Source: Phoronis australis (taxonomy: Eukaryota; Animalia; Phoronida). Taken from it: 64,000 bases of DNA. The notes beneath the pieces are model-generated. The model was not told where the DNA came from and did not search any database. It was given only the letters and a program-made list of their open reading frames with translations. Position numbers and translations under genes: made by a program. Positions 49,573-61,375 of the stretch are shown here, one piece after another. Numbering within the stretch: position 1 is the stretch's first letter; every line of letters begins with the position of its first letter. The stretch covers positions 461,200 through 525,199 of the forward strand of contig NMRA01000304.1 in the NCBI GenBank assembly GCA_002633005.1. Reading direction: 5' to 3'.

Positions 49573-50464
49573 TGAAAGGAGAAATGGTATGTTAGCCTGT
49601 TAACTCGACAAAGCAGGCGACTATCTGATACTTGGTCACGGGGTCAGTCTTAGTGTAATGTAGCTTTAGTCAGTAGAGTATGGAAAGCCAAAGCGGACAT
49701 ATATTTTCTATGCAAGATTTAAAAACAGGCCAAATCATTATTTTTACTTTGCAGGACCAAAAATACATACCGCAAAACCTGGATTTTCGTCCCGTTCTTG
49801 CGAGAATTAAGAACAGTACAAAACAAGATTTTCGCTCTGCAAGATTAAAAAAAACTCAAGACCGAAATTTCTCATGTCACTGACCGAAAATTTATCACAT
49901 CAGATTTTATAATTTATCATGTCAGGACCAAAATTTAACACGCCAAGACCCAAAATTTAATGTCAGGACTAGTGAAAATTTATCACGCCAGAAAATGTTC
50001 ATGTCGGGAACTAAAAACCACGTGTGGGCATCGAGTGCCGGTAAACGTATAGTAAGCGACTGTGCAGTAAAAGTATAAGTATAAGGAATCGTTTTACTGT
50101 TTTCTTTGAAGCCCCAGTGTGTAAAAATACTTTTGCTGAATTCATGGATTTAGTCTGATCTTATAGTTTCGGCAGTCGCAAGCCACGAAAAGGTCAAAGT
50201 TTTTCAACGCCAACCACTCCCCAATCAATCGCAAATGAGAAGCCATGATCCTTTCGCAGTGCTAACCCTCGTAGTCAGGCAGGTTTTCTCAAAGACTTTT
50301 AGCCTTAGCCTGATTTCATGAAACAGGCTAAGCCACATGTAGTGGACTGGTTCTTAGCCAAAAGACAAATTTTAAAGACAATTGTCTCTTCTACAAACAG
50401 CCCCCCCCCAGGTGTACAGCGTTCTTAGAAGAATGCCGCTTCCAATGCCCACGCGACGATTAAC

Positions 50465-51785
50465 AGTGCCGTAGGCTTAAGTCCTGTTTAGTATACTACA
50501 TAAGTTAACACGGAACAGCTGACACGGGACGAGATGATCGGGCACAAGTATGTGTGTAAACAGAATTGACACGGAGCAAAATTGATACCACGGTGAGAAT
50601 TTATGACACCCGTTTGTGCTGTGGTAGAGCAAGTTGCGCCCGATCATCTTACTCGTGTCAACTATACGTCTAAACGTGAAACTGGTGCAAGGTGGAAGGG
50701 ATCATCTCTATTGCGCTTTCCCCAAAACGCACATATATCATATATACAGGTGATCATTTCTGCGCAATTATTGCGATTTGGCTGTCAGTTGTTCAGTGCC
50801 TCTTTCAACTTAAACCCTGACTACCATTTATTTTGCCAGGAAATCGGTCAGAATATTACACACAGTTAACTCACTAAGCTGTGTTCAATTCAAATGCGGG
50901 CCTACTGATGAAAGCTGATCAAAAAATCATTGAATCAAAACTCAGTGTCACGAATTATGTATACTGGGGGGACTAGAACCACCATCACAACAACCACTGA
51001 AGAACAACAATATGCATAATCATAATGATTTGTCACTAACGCAATTTTGCATCTTTGCGCATGATCATATACTTTCCTGCCTACAACTTCCATCTTGCCG
51101 CCGTTTCTGAGTCGTGTGTGTAAACGGCCGCTTGACACCGCCGTGTCAGTTGCGCAGAGTCAAAAGTTAATGTCTAAACGCCGGATACTTTGGACTGGCA
51201 GCACAGAGTACCTAGCATAGATGAACATGGCACCAATATTTGACCACAGTGGAGCACTTAAATCCCCTTTAGACATCAACTTTTGACACGGCGCAACTGC
51301 CAGTGACCCGGGGCAAGATGATCGGTGTCAAGCGGCCGTTCATACATACAACTCAGAAACAGTGGCAAGGCGGAAGTTGTAGGCAGGAATGTGGAGTGCT
51401 CATGCTCTAAGATGCAAATTGCACTGAGGAGTCACAGTTCATTATTATTATTGTTGTTGTTTTTATTGTTATGGTGCTTCCAAGTGTACGTAATTCGTGA
51501 CATTGAGTTTTGCTTCAATGATCTTTTAATCAGCTGAGTAACGCTTTAATCAGTAGGCCCAGTGTATATAACCAAGCATTTGAACTGAACCCATTAGTAT
51601 TGATTGTTAAGTTTGTGCAATATTCTGATTTTTTCATACAAAATAAATGGTGGTCAGGGTTAAAGTTCGAAGACAAGGCATTGAACAGCTGTCTGGCAAA
51701 TCGTAACTTAATTGGGCGAAAATGATTACCTTTATACATGAATATATATACATATATATACATACATATACATGTATATATATAC

Positions 51786-51830
<45 letters not shown>

Positions 51831-52092
51831 CACATATATGTGCATTTTTGCGCAAGCGCAATAGAGATGATCCCTTACGCCTGATCCTAGTTTCGCGTTT
51901 AGACATACCAACAGTTGACGCTGAGCAAGATGATTGGGTGCAAGTTGCTCCACCTCACAAACGGGTGACAAAAGTTGTCACCGTTGTGTCACTTTGCTCC
52001 GTGTTAGCCCTGTTTACACACATACTTGGGCTTGATCATCTTGTTCCGTGTCAGCTGATCCGTGTCAACTTTTTTGCAGTGTAAACGGCACT
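50465..52092. mobile_element. 1.6-kb long-inverted-repeat element, PIF/Harbinger-like end
   Basis: Arms about 50503-51176 and 51268-52070 are reverse complements; right end reads agtgccgtttacactg on minus. Confidence 0.8.
51735..51840. repeat. (TA)n/(TATACA)n microsatellite
   Basis: Directly visible. Confidence 0.95.
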
Positions 52093-53932
52093 TTAGAGTG
52101 CACTCCAGGTTGTCGTCCGATGTCTGCACTCTGGGTGGGGCTAATGTAGTAGATGACGTGGGATCCGAGTTCAGACAACTGACAGTCCTTATGAACAGCG
52201 CTGATCAAATCAAGCAGAAAATGCAAACTTCAAGTCCGTGAATAGCAGAATGTTTAATTGTTGTGAACATATGCAGGGTATGTAGGTGTACAAGTCAACA
52301 GCTACTACACCTACCATGAGTGACATTAGAAAATTCAAAAATCAAATTGTCTCAATATCTTGACACGTTTTTCCTAAGCCATGTATTGCGCATTAATAAA
52401 CGCTTCAACTTTATAACAACACATTTCATTTCACTGCAGTCTTCATCCAGTATTATAAAAGATCGGTATTTATTGTCAACTTGTCAACATTAGTATGAAA
52501 GGCCCTTATGAGTGTTCACAGTCCAAATCAATCCTTTGTTGGCCCACCTACAGCTCATTAGTCAACACAACCTAGTCTATTGTGTGAGGCCATCTTACTA
52601 CGGGCTCATTAACTCAGACAGCTCAAACTATCAATGACTGATTGTATATGGACCCAAATAAACCTATAGTCATGTAATAATTGATAGTGAACGAACACTA
52701 TAGTTGTGATGACCACATTGTCCCACGCATGGGAGAAAAGCCCAATTAAGTGTAATTACCCGAACCCTAAGCTGTAGTACAAACATCTGTGCCTGTACAT
52801 AATGGCGAATTTTCAAAATGCATTAACGATTAAGTTTCGTTAAAGACAAACACCACGGTGGTAGTCAGCTGGAAAAAAACAACAAAGTAAGGTTTTCGAT
52901 TTTTAAAAATCGATGAACTAATAAGCTAAAAACTACAAACATTGGGTAAAATTGAAGTCTTCAATTTGGCTATCACCATATTTGGAATTTGGTGTATAAA
53001 CTTTATGACTTGAGTTTTAATAAAAACTAAACTTAAACTGATGACACGTGTTGTTTTGTTTGCTGAGAAATGTCTAGTGTAGCTGCCTGGAATCTGAAAA
53101 GTTCAGGGATGGGTTCACAATGAACTTAACTAATTAAGTTTCGTTGGCAATCAAAATCTACCACTGTTTTGGTACTTCAAGTTTAAGAATAAAATAAAGA
53201 GATATCAAATAGCTCGTTCCTGATAAGAGAAAAATGTAGACAGGAGCATTAAAAATGAAATATCAAAAAGTTTAAAACATATTTAAAACTATCTTTCCTT
53301 TGAGAAGTAGCCCATGGTCAAGTTAAAAACAAATTAACTTTTATGTCGTTTTGTGATATTTAATACAAGATAAAACTACTCTACAGAGCTGCAATCCTTA
53401 AACACTCTCAGCTGCAACTCCACTATTGCCAGAGGAACTCCAACTTGGATAAAATAACAAGCATCATTTTTGAGACAGCAGTGCTAGCTATTACCTGTCC
53501 ACTTCATTAGCTCAGATGTACATCAATACACAGCTGAATAGGCATCATAGATGTTGTCTGGGGCTAAGGGAATCTGAACAGTGACCAGTGTAAGCAAGAA
53601 ATTCTCCACATGAACTCATCAACTGTAGCAGCCAAGGATTACTTTTCATTTTAAAATCATTTGAAAATGGAGACAAAAAGCAAAATATTTTGTATTTGAT
53701 AGTGATTTTATTTTGGTTTTAAGACTGTTTCACTTTCAAATTTTCTTAATTGTTTTATATCTGATATTTTCACGAACACCTGTTTTTTTCAATATTTTCC
53801 ATTTTAAACACAAAATAGTTTCAAATTGTTTTCTAAGATTTTCTATTTGAAAATACTTTACTTTTCAAATAAATTTCTTTTTCTTTAAAAATATACCGGG
53901 GTATTGTTTTCTCAGCAATGAAATTAAAGTTT

Positions 53933-54145
53933 GCTATTGGATGTTGGATGTCAACAAACTAACCAACTATCTATCCCTTTGTATAGCTTCATGATTTGAC
54001 CACCAGGTGAGGCAGCTATTGGATGTTGCATGTTAACCACCTAACCAACTGTCTGTCCCTTTGTATAGCTTCATGATTTGACCACCAGGTGGGGCAGCTA
54101 TTTGATGTTGGATGTCAACCAACTAATCAACTATCTGTCCCTTTA
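53933..54145 (+). repeat. Tandem repeat, unit about 82 bp, about 2.6 copies
   Basis: gctattggatgttggatgtcaac..ccctttgtatagcttcatgatttgaccaccaggtg repeated. Confidence 0.85.
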
Positions 54146-56800
54146 TCAAGGTATGTTGGAAGTTAACCAACCACAAGGTGGCGTGTGCTTGGCTGTCATC
54201 CAAGTAAGGTGTACACCTAATTAGTTGGTTGACATCCATGTAAGATTCTGACATAATTGAAATTGCTCTCCGGAAAAGTCCTGCCATCATTCATGTCTGT
54301 AACTCAACATGCCCAAAAACAACTACTTTTCACTGGTGGATTCTTTATAGATGGTAATTAATCATTGCCACACTGTTAATTCTTACTTTGACAAAGACAC
54401 AATTTTTCGAAAAGTTGATTTTAAATTTCAAAAAATCACCCTGGTTTTGTGAATTTTCGCCAACAGCCAGGGCTAATCACCTTCAGCAGCCAATCACCTT
54501 ACAGTTTATCGTTTTTCCCTGATCAGTGAATGTGGCTGCTTCCAAGGACAGCTATGTTGTTAATTTCGATTCTGTTCCTATATCGTCTGGTCTGCACAAA
54601 TTCACCAATGTTTATGACATAATCAGGCTTTGTTCTTTTTGGTAGCATGAGCAGTTAGAACATGACTCAAGCTACTGTTTGCCTGTGTAGAACAACGACT
54701 GAACGGAGTAGCAGATCACCCAGTCTTCTGCCAGTTAAAAACAAGATGACCAGCGATATACTTTGAATGTAGATTTCCGCTGTTCTTTTTAATGTGAAGT
54801 AGTTATTCGCTAAATATAAATAGACCTTGTGTTCGCCTATTTTTTATCTTGCTTACTCACGTCGTGCTGTGGTGTTCAAGCACGCTCTGCCTGTGTCAAC
54901 TAAACATGAAAACCTAACATAACTCCAATGTAGATTGAAACTATCTGGAAATAGAGAAGATAAATAACCCTGAGAGGCGAGGAACGCGATCCTAGCTCAA
55001 CCGCAACTTTAAGAGTTTTTTTTTTTTCGTGAAAACCATAAAAATCTTATTTTTGATTTCCCCTCCTGCAAAAGTGTTGATAAAATATAAGCATATGTGC
55101 ACTTCATCTTTGGCGCTCGTTGTTTCATTGCATCTAAACAAAATGGCGGACTCACTCCCTTCTATTGGAGACCCGGAGTTTTTAATTTCAGGGTACCAAT
55201 TTCAACTGCTGCCACTAGAGACTGCCAACTATTAGAATTTAGAATTTGGAAACACGGTTTTTGTTAGAGGCTTTACTTTACAAGCCCATGGGTGCTTTTA
55301 GTTTCCAGAGATTACTTAAAAATTCAACGTTCCTGAATATAAAGCCGTGGGCTTTTTCGAAAATAAGACCATATCGTTTAAAGGGTATAAGGCAAGCCAT
55401 TTTTCTTATTTTCTACCAATCAACACTGACCATAAACGTACATGGTTTTGGACTTGGCAGCCGGAGGGGTTACATGACGTATTTTTTGCCTGAATATAGT
55501 GGTAGGAAAATTTGCCCCCCCCCCCCNCCCCCCCCCCCATCGCCGCCGATTTTCCGAAGAATCCCCGTTTTGCATGTCTTTCCTTATATGTATGTAGTCA
55601 AGTGGGTGTTGGTTGCAAAATCTAACGGAGGTCCAGTAATTATCCATCGACATATTCAATCACATTTTTTTCTCCATAACAAATGACTTCAATCGGTTAT
55701 AAACCATGTCTTTGTGTCTAAAACAACATTCTTCATATGCACATACGCTTTCAAAACGACATCGTTATCTTTTTGTCATATGTCAGAAGTGAAATTGGTT
55801 ACAATAAGTCATCTAAACAAATCCAATGTCACCTTTTCAGTATCTTGAAATTTCGGTTTCAGGGGTGAAACGTTCACGCCGCGACCTGAAACGTATTATA
55901 TTATTGAGCCTGATGCAAAGGTCCTATAGTTACAGTGTTCAGTATTGCTCACGCAAATTTCATTTTTACTGTCGCTCCTTTTTTCAACCGAGGTTCTGAT
56001 TCTTTTATATTAGACCCCTTTAGATGTCGTTATGTGTAAACTTAAAAGTCAGTGTCCGTATGCTTTTATCGACATTCATTTTAGATAGTTACGGATAACC
56101 TTTCGATCTGCCTTCCCTTATTGGCTACACACCTTGAAAGTCCCGGATGGCATCATCTGTCGTCATCAATTCTAATTGTACTCGGCTCATTATCAATCTC
56201 AAACGATTTCTGAGCATATTGATAATAAAAATCATTAAAAATCACAAAAGAAAACATTTTTCTGTTTTTATTTGCGATTAGGGTATAAACGTGAGCACGT
56301 TAGCCACCCGGACTATATGTGATACCTCTTCTCCGTAAAGTTTTTATGGCAAAGTCATGTTACATACAAACAACACACATCGCGATCACTGAAGCTATCA
56401 GCGCTCGTTATATGTGGTGTTGTCAAGCTATTAAAGTTTTAAGTGGGTATTATTCTCTTTTAATTTTCCTTATGGTAATGAAGTAAAGTAGCCGGTCATT
56501 TAGTAAACACCACCCTCATTGCTTAGTGTCAAGCTTATAAACGGTTCTAGCCAATGAAAAGCAAGGTCACATGCAAAGAGCACCTTCTTATGTGTCTGCT
56601 TCCAAGGAAGCCAATAGATTATATTAGCTGCCCATGAGACTAAACGACACTGATCTATTCTGGCTCATGACCTTGAGTAACTTATCAACACAGGCTGACC
56701 CTCCCAATAAAGACACAGACTGGTCCCCTCTCAACAATAATTCAATTTTAAACTTTTAACTTTATGTCAATACCCACTGTGTTATAACAGCAATACATAT

Positions 56801-58397
56801 AGAAGAGCAACGCAGAGCGTCGAAATGCGCCCACGAATGCATGGCAAATGGTGTGCTTTTAGGGTTATTTATTTGTATCATAAAAATGGCCACTAGATGG
56901 CGCAAAAACGTACAATCCATCCAAAAACGGGAACATGCCATATTTCATAAACATCCGCTGCCAAGGAACTTCGAAGAAACAAAAGAAAACAGAACAAAAT
57001 GAAATTGCCACTTGTGGACACAGAATCCGTTCCATCCGCCTGAAAGTCGTCGTCTGTTATCTTCATATAAATTCACTTTCTAAATTTAATAAAGATCCTG
57101 CAGTGGGTTTAGGAGATACAGCTATGGGTGCAAAACAAAACAAAACTACCACTAGGAGGCGCCACAGTAGTCAGTCGCCATCATCAAACGTCCTCTTCAC
57201 ACTGGAAACATATACGCCAATTTTCAAAACCATCCCTAGAATGATTTGGTTGATCGAGGGGTGGACGCCAAAACAAGATGGTAAACGTAAAAAACTAAAA
57301 TTGCCACTAGGGGGCACACCAGTAATTAGATCTGTCTGAAAGTCGTCGTCGTCCATTGTCAACATCATATAAATACACTTGCTAAATTAAATAAAGATCG
57401 TGCAAACGTTTAATAGATACAGCCATGAGCGCAAAAAAAAGAAAGCTGCCACTAGGAGGCACCACAGTAGTCGAACTCAGAAAATCGTCGTCAGCCGGCC
57501 ACTTCATAGTAAAAACAAACGTGCAAATTTTCGCAATTATCCTGAAAGCAGTTTGGTTGATAGACGAGTAGACGCCAAAAAACACTCGAAAACAGAAAAA
57601 TGGCCACTAGGTGGCGCAAACTAGGTCGAATCCATTTGAAAACGGATAGATAGTGTCACCTCGTTAACAGGATGCCTGTATGCCAAATTTTATGAAAATA
57701 CGTTGAGGACCTTTGAACATACAGAGGTAAACGTAAAAAATAAAATTGCCACTAGGTGGCACACCAGTGGTCAGGTCCGTCTGAAAGTCGTCGTCCTCCG
57801 TTGTTAACATCACATAAATACACTTACTAAATTTAGTAAAGATTCTGCGAACGGTTTAGGAGATACAGCCATAGGCGCAAAAACAAACTGCCACTAGGAG
57901 GCGCCAGAGTAGTCGAAGTCGTCGAAAAATCATCGTCAGCCGTCCACTCCATAGTAAGAACATTCATGCCAATTTTCACAATCATGCTTTGAGCGGTTTG
58001 GCTGATAGAGGGGTGGACGCAAAAAAACAGACTCGAAAACAGTAAAAATGGCCACTAGGTGGCGCAAACTACGTCAAATCTATCTGAAAACGGAAGGATA
58101 GCATCATCTCACTAATAGGTGCCTATATACCAAAATTTATGAAAATCCGTTCAGAACTTTTGAAGATACAGAGGTAAACGTAGAAAACTAAAATTGCCGC
58201 TCGGGGGGCACACCGGTAGTCGGATCCGTCCCAAAGTTTGCTCATGCAGTCTCATCCACGAAAGGAACACAAACGTCAAGGCGTTTTGGAGATAGATCAG
58301 CGGACGCCAGACGGACGGACGCCGGACGCCGGACGAACGGACGGACGGACGGAGATGACGGCATAATGCCTCCACATAGAAATATGTGGGCACATAA
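56801..58397 (-). mobile_element. Helentron-type non-autonomous element with 10 internal units of about 150 bp
   Basis: Same ends as 33658-34432 (subTIR atgtgcccac / gtgggcgcat, 3' hairpin, (ACGG)n at about 58300-58352); each unit carries a CCACTAGRNGGC-type motif. Confidence 0.85.
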
Positions 58398-59275
58398 TGA
58401 TTCGCAGGACAATAGTAAGTATTGTCAGACTAAAACCTAACGCCCCTCGGGTGATAATTCTCCAAAATCCACTCGGGCTCTAGATAACGGGAGATAACGA
58501 CTCCGCCATGTAATAATCTATATTTGTACATTTTTTGTAAAAAATTTAAAAAAAATTGCTGATATTACTACAAGCTAAGCAGCATATGCAATAAATCAAA
58601 AGTAAATTTACGCCAGAAATTCCGTTGAAGAATAAAACTTCGAAATAATGCACGTTTTGCGCTAAAAACTAATCCAAAAAGAATTTATGCTCCTTTCTAC
58701 AAAAAAAAACTGCTTTGCATAAATGCATGTAATAAATATTCATATCCGCTGTCAGGGCAACCCTTTATTGGATTTTGTAAAATGACGCTTTGTGTGCTCC
58801 GGGGGTGGAGAATCCGCGTCAACCAGAGGGGGGACAGCGTGAATAGTGTGTATGGAGCAAAGGCACGACGTGTATTTAAAATGCATACTTGATGTTTCTA
58901 AAATGTTCAGACTACAGGTGTGAGTAAACGACTTGCTTTGTTGCGTTTTTTGCAAGAAACACTTGTTAGTATTCTCTACTATACATTCTTAGCTTGATTG
59001 TGTGCAACCCTCTTACGGTGATGTGGGAAGAAACTGTGCTAAGTGTTCCCCCAGCCACTTACACTAAACCAAAACGCCGTGAGTTATCATATAAAAATAT
59101 TTTTATATAACAACGATCGTTTTAATTACATAAACAAGGAACGTGTGCTGAATCATACATGACAATGAACAGCTCAGCATAAATCTAACAATACTTAAAC
59201 TTCAAAAACAGCCAGAACAAAAAACATTTAAGTTAATTATGGTACAGTCCGTTTCTATCAAATACAGACGACTCT

Positions 59276-60058
59276 TCATTCGTCATTCTCAGTCACTTCT
59301 ACGTTCTTTTCGTTCTTTTCCTCTTCTTCATTGACATTTACTTCAACGGGCATCACTTTGGGGACTTTCACTTCTAACATACCGTCTTTAGTAAATTTCG
59401 AAGAAATCCGCTCAACGTCCACATCTGACGGCAAACGAATCCGCTGAAATGTTTCCCTGTAACCGTGCTCGTCGTCTTCTTTGGCGTGAATTTCCACAGC
59501 CTTGGCTCTAACTTTCACGTCTATATCGTCAGTAGAAAATGTCGGCAGCGGCACTTTTAAAACTTTGTCCGTTCCCTCGTCGATAAATGACTGAACATCG
59601 GTTTTAAAATGTTCACTTTCCCGGGGTCCTTTTCCCGCTACTTGTTTCAAAGGTGCGTATATGGTTAGCGTGCCGTCTTTCTCTGCGTACGATGTTTTCA
59701 CATTTTGGTCGTCAACGTCGTTGGGCAGTTGAATTTTTCTTTTAAACTCTCGACGATCCATGTTGTCCTCGTCTCCCTCTTCATGAGTAGCGCTGACAAT
59801 CACAGAACCAGCTTGTGTTTTCACAAGGATTTCTTCAGGCGAATAGCCGGGCATAAACAACCTCTGGGACCAAGACTTACGTCGAGCGGGCTTTCTCGAG
59901 AGCTTAGAGACACTGTCGGTGATCCAGGGCAACCAGAAATCTTCAATGTAGTCAAAAAAGCCCTCGCCGGATTCTTCAGTCATTGGGAAGAGAAACTTCG
60001 TCCTCTTCACTTGTGGCTCACAGAGAAATGGTCGTCGTTGTGCTAAAACTAGCGTCAT
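59276..60058 (-). CDS. Small heat-shock protein (HSP20 family) with two alpha-crystallin domains, 260 aa, intronless
   Basis: ACD1 MPGYSPEEILVK..FKRKIQLPNDVD..DGTLTIYAP; ACD2 FSTDDIDVKV..RIRLPSDVDVERISSKFTKDGMLEVKVP; C-terminal IXI/V-like VEV; HSEs upstream. Confidence 0.93.
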   Translation of the reverse strand: MTLVLAQRRPFLCEPQVKRTKFLFPMTEESGEGFFDYIEDFWLPWITDSVSKLSRKPARRKSWSQRLFMPGYSPEEILVKTQAGSVIVSATHEEGDEDNMDRREFKRKIQLPNDVDDQNVKTSYAEKDGTLTIYAPLKQVAGKGPRESEHFKTDVQSFIDEGTDKVLKVPLPTFSTDDIDVKVRAKAVEIHAKEDDEHGYRETFQRIRLPSDVDVERISSKFTKDGMLEVKVPKVMPVEVNVNEEEEKNEKNVEVTENDE

Positions 60059-60177
60059 CCTGTTTTCCCTTCCGATCGATGTTTCAAGTAACAGCTGAAA
60101 ACCGAGGTTTAAATGTTCTTAATATCAACTTCGTCTCACCTTTGCGACGATTCTGCATGTTTCACTCAGATTCTGTG

Positions 60178-60467
60178 CTTATATGGGGATCGGCAAGCGA
60201 TCTAGAAACTGGTCGAATGTTCGCGAACGCCGGCCTTACCCAACCCTGTAATGTTCTGGAAAACACAGAAGGGAATCCCACTGTCACGTGGCAGTGTAAA
60301 GACCAATGAGATAAGACGTCAACAGAGGGCAGCATTTTCGATGACCTGTCTGACATAATGACGTAGTGCGGAATTCCCTTCCGTGTTTTCCAGAACATTC
60401 GGGAGCTCGGTAGAAAGTTTGCGAATATTCGACCGGTTTCTGGAACTGTTACCGATTACTATATAAG
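60178..60467. promoter_or_regulatory. Bidirectional heat-shock promoter with several HSEs and two TATA-like boxes
   Basis: Perfect three-unit HSEs cGAAtgTTCgcGAAc (60214-60228) and tTTCcaGAAcaTTCg (60387-60401); in-phase array 60412-60446 (GAA,TTT,GAA,TTC,ccg,TTC,GAA); TTCtgGAA 60254-60261; TATATAAG 60460-60467 (+); CATATAAG on minus at 60178-60185. Confidence 0.88.
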
Positions 60468-60601
60468 CATAGTGTCTGTGTGAAGCATGTAGTATCGCGA
60501 CAAGCAAGTGTCGACGTTTATAGTGTCACGAAACGAAACAATTTTTCAGTACCACTTTCACTAGACGGCAGTGTACACTCGACTTGAAAGCGGAACAAAG
60601 A

Positions 60602-61375
60602 ATGACACTCATTTTACAACGACAACCATTTTTTTGTGGGACACTTGTGAAGAGGCCTAAGTTTCTCTTCCAGACGACTAAAGAATTCGACGAGAGTTGT
60701 TTTGAAGGCTCAGTGGAATTGCTGTGGCCTTGGATCAATGACTGTGACTCTAGACTCGCGAGAAAGAACGCCCGCAGTAACTCGTGGTCTTGGAGTTTGT
60801 TTATGCCCGGCTATTCGCCTGAGGAAATCCATGTGAAAACACAAGATGGTTCTGTGATTGTCAGCGCAACGCACGAGGAAGATGATGGGGTCAACATGGA
60901 TCGCAGAGAATTTAAAAGAACAATTCGCCTACCTGACGATGTCGACTCACAAAGTGTGAAAACTTCTTACGCAGACAAAAATGGCACGTTAACTATACAC
61001 GCACCTGTGAAACGCGTAGAAAACCAACTCGGGGAAAACGGACATTTTGCACATTTGCAGTCATTTATCGATGAAGGAAATGACAAGGTCTTAAAAATGA
61101 CGCTGCCGGGATTCTCTCCTGGTGATATTGACGTGAAAGTTAAAGACAGTATGCTGGAAATTCACGCAAAGCAAGGCGACGACCATGGTTACAGGGAAAC
61201 ATTTAATCGGATTCGTCTGCCGTCAGATGTCGACGTTGAGCGGATTTCTTCGAAATGTACTAAAGACGGTGTGCTGAAGGTGAAAGCCCCCAAAGTGATA
61301 CCCGTTGAACTGCAAATTAATAGTGAGGAGAAAAAGAACGAATACAATACTGAGGAGACTTCAAATGACGACTGA
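60602..61375 (+). CDS. Small heat-shock protein (HSP20 family) with two alpha-crystallin domains, 257 aa, intronless; paralog of 59276-60058
   Basis: True start is probably the ATG at 60602 (MTLILQRQPF aligns with MTLVLAQRRPF); the track's 60584 start is TTG. Two ACDs as in the paralog. Confidence 0.93.
   Translation: MTLILQRQPFFCGTLVKRPKFLFQTTKEFDESCFEGSVELLWPWINDCDSRLARKNARSNSWSWSLFMPGYSPEEIHVKTQDGSVIVSATHEEDDGVNMDRREFKRTIRLPDDVDSQSVKTSYADKNGTLTIHAPVKRVENQLGENGHFAHLQSFIDEGNDKVLKMTLPGFSPGDIDVKVKDSMLEIHAKQGDDHGYRETFNRIRLPSDVDVERISSKCTKDGVLKVKAPKVIPVELQINSEEKKNEYNTEETSNDD

Noticed and set aside
51530-52084. YI/HI-rich ORFs
   Set aside because: Translations of the (TA)n microsatellite within an inverted repeat.
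55135-55155. YY1-like AAAATGGCGG promoter motif
   Set aside because: Single short motif with no associated gene, in a repeat-like region.
60584-60601. N-terminal extension MKAEQR of the plus-strand sHSP
   Set aside because: Starts at TTG; alignment with the paralog supports the ATG at 60602.
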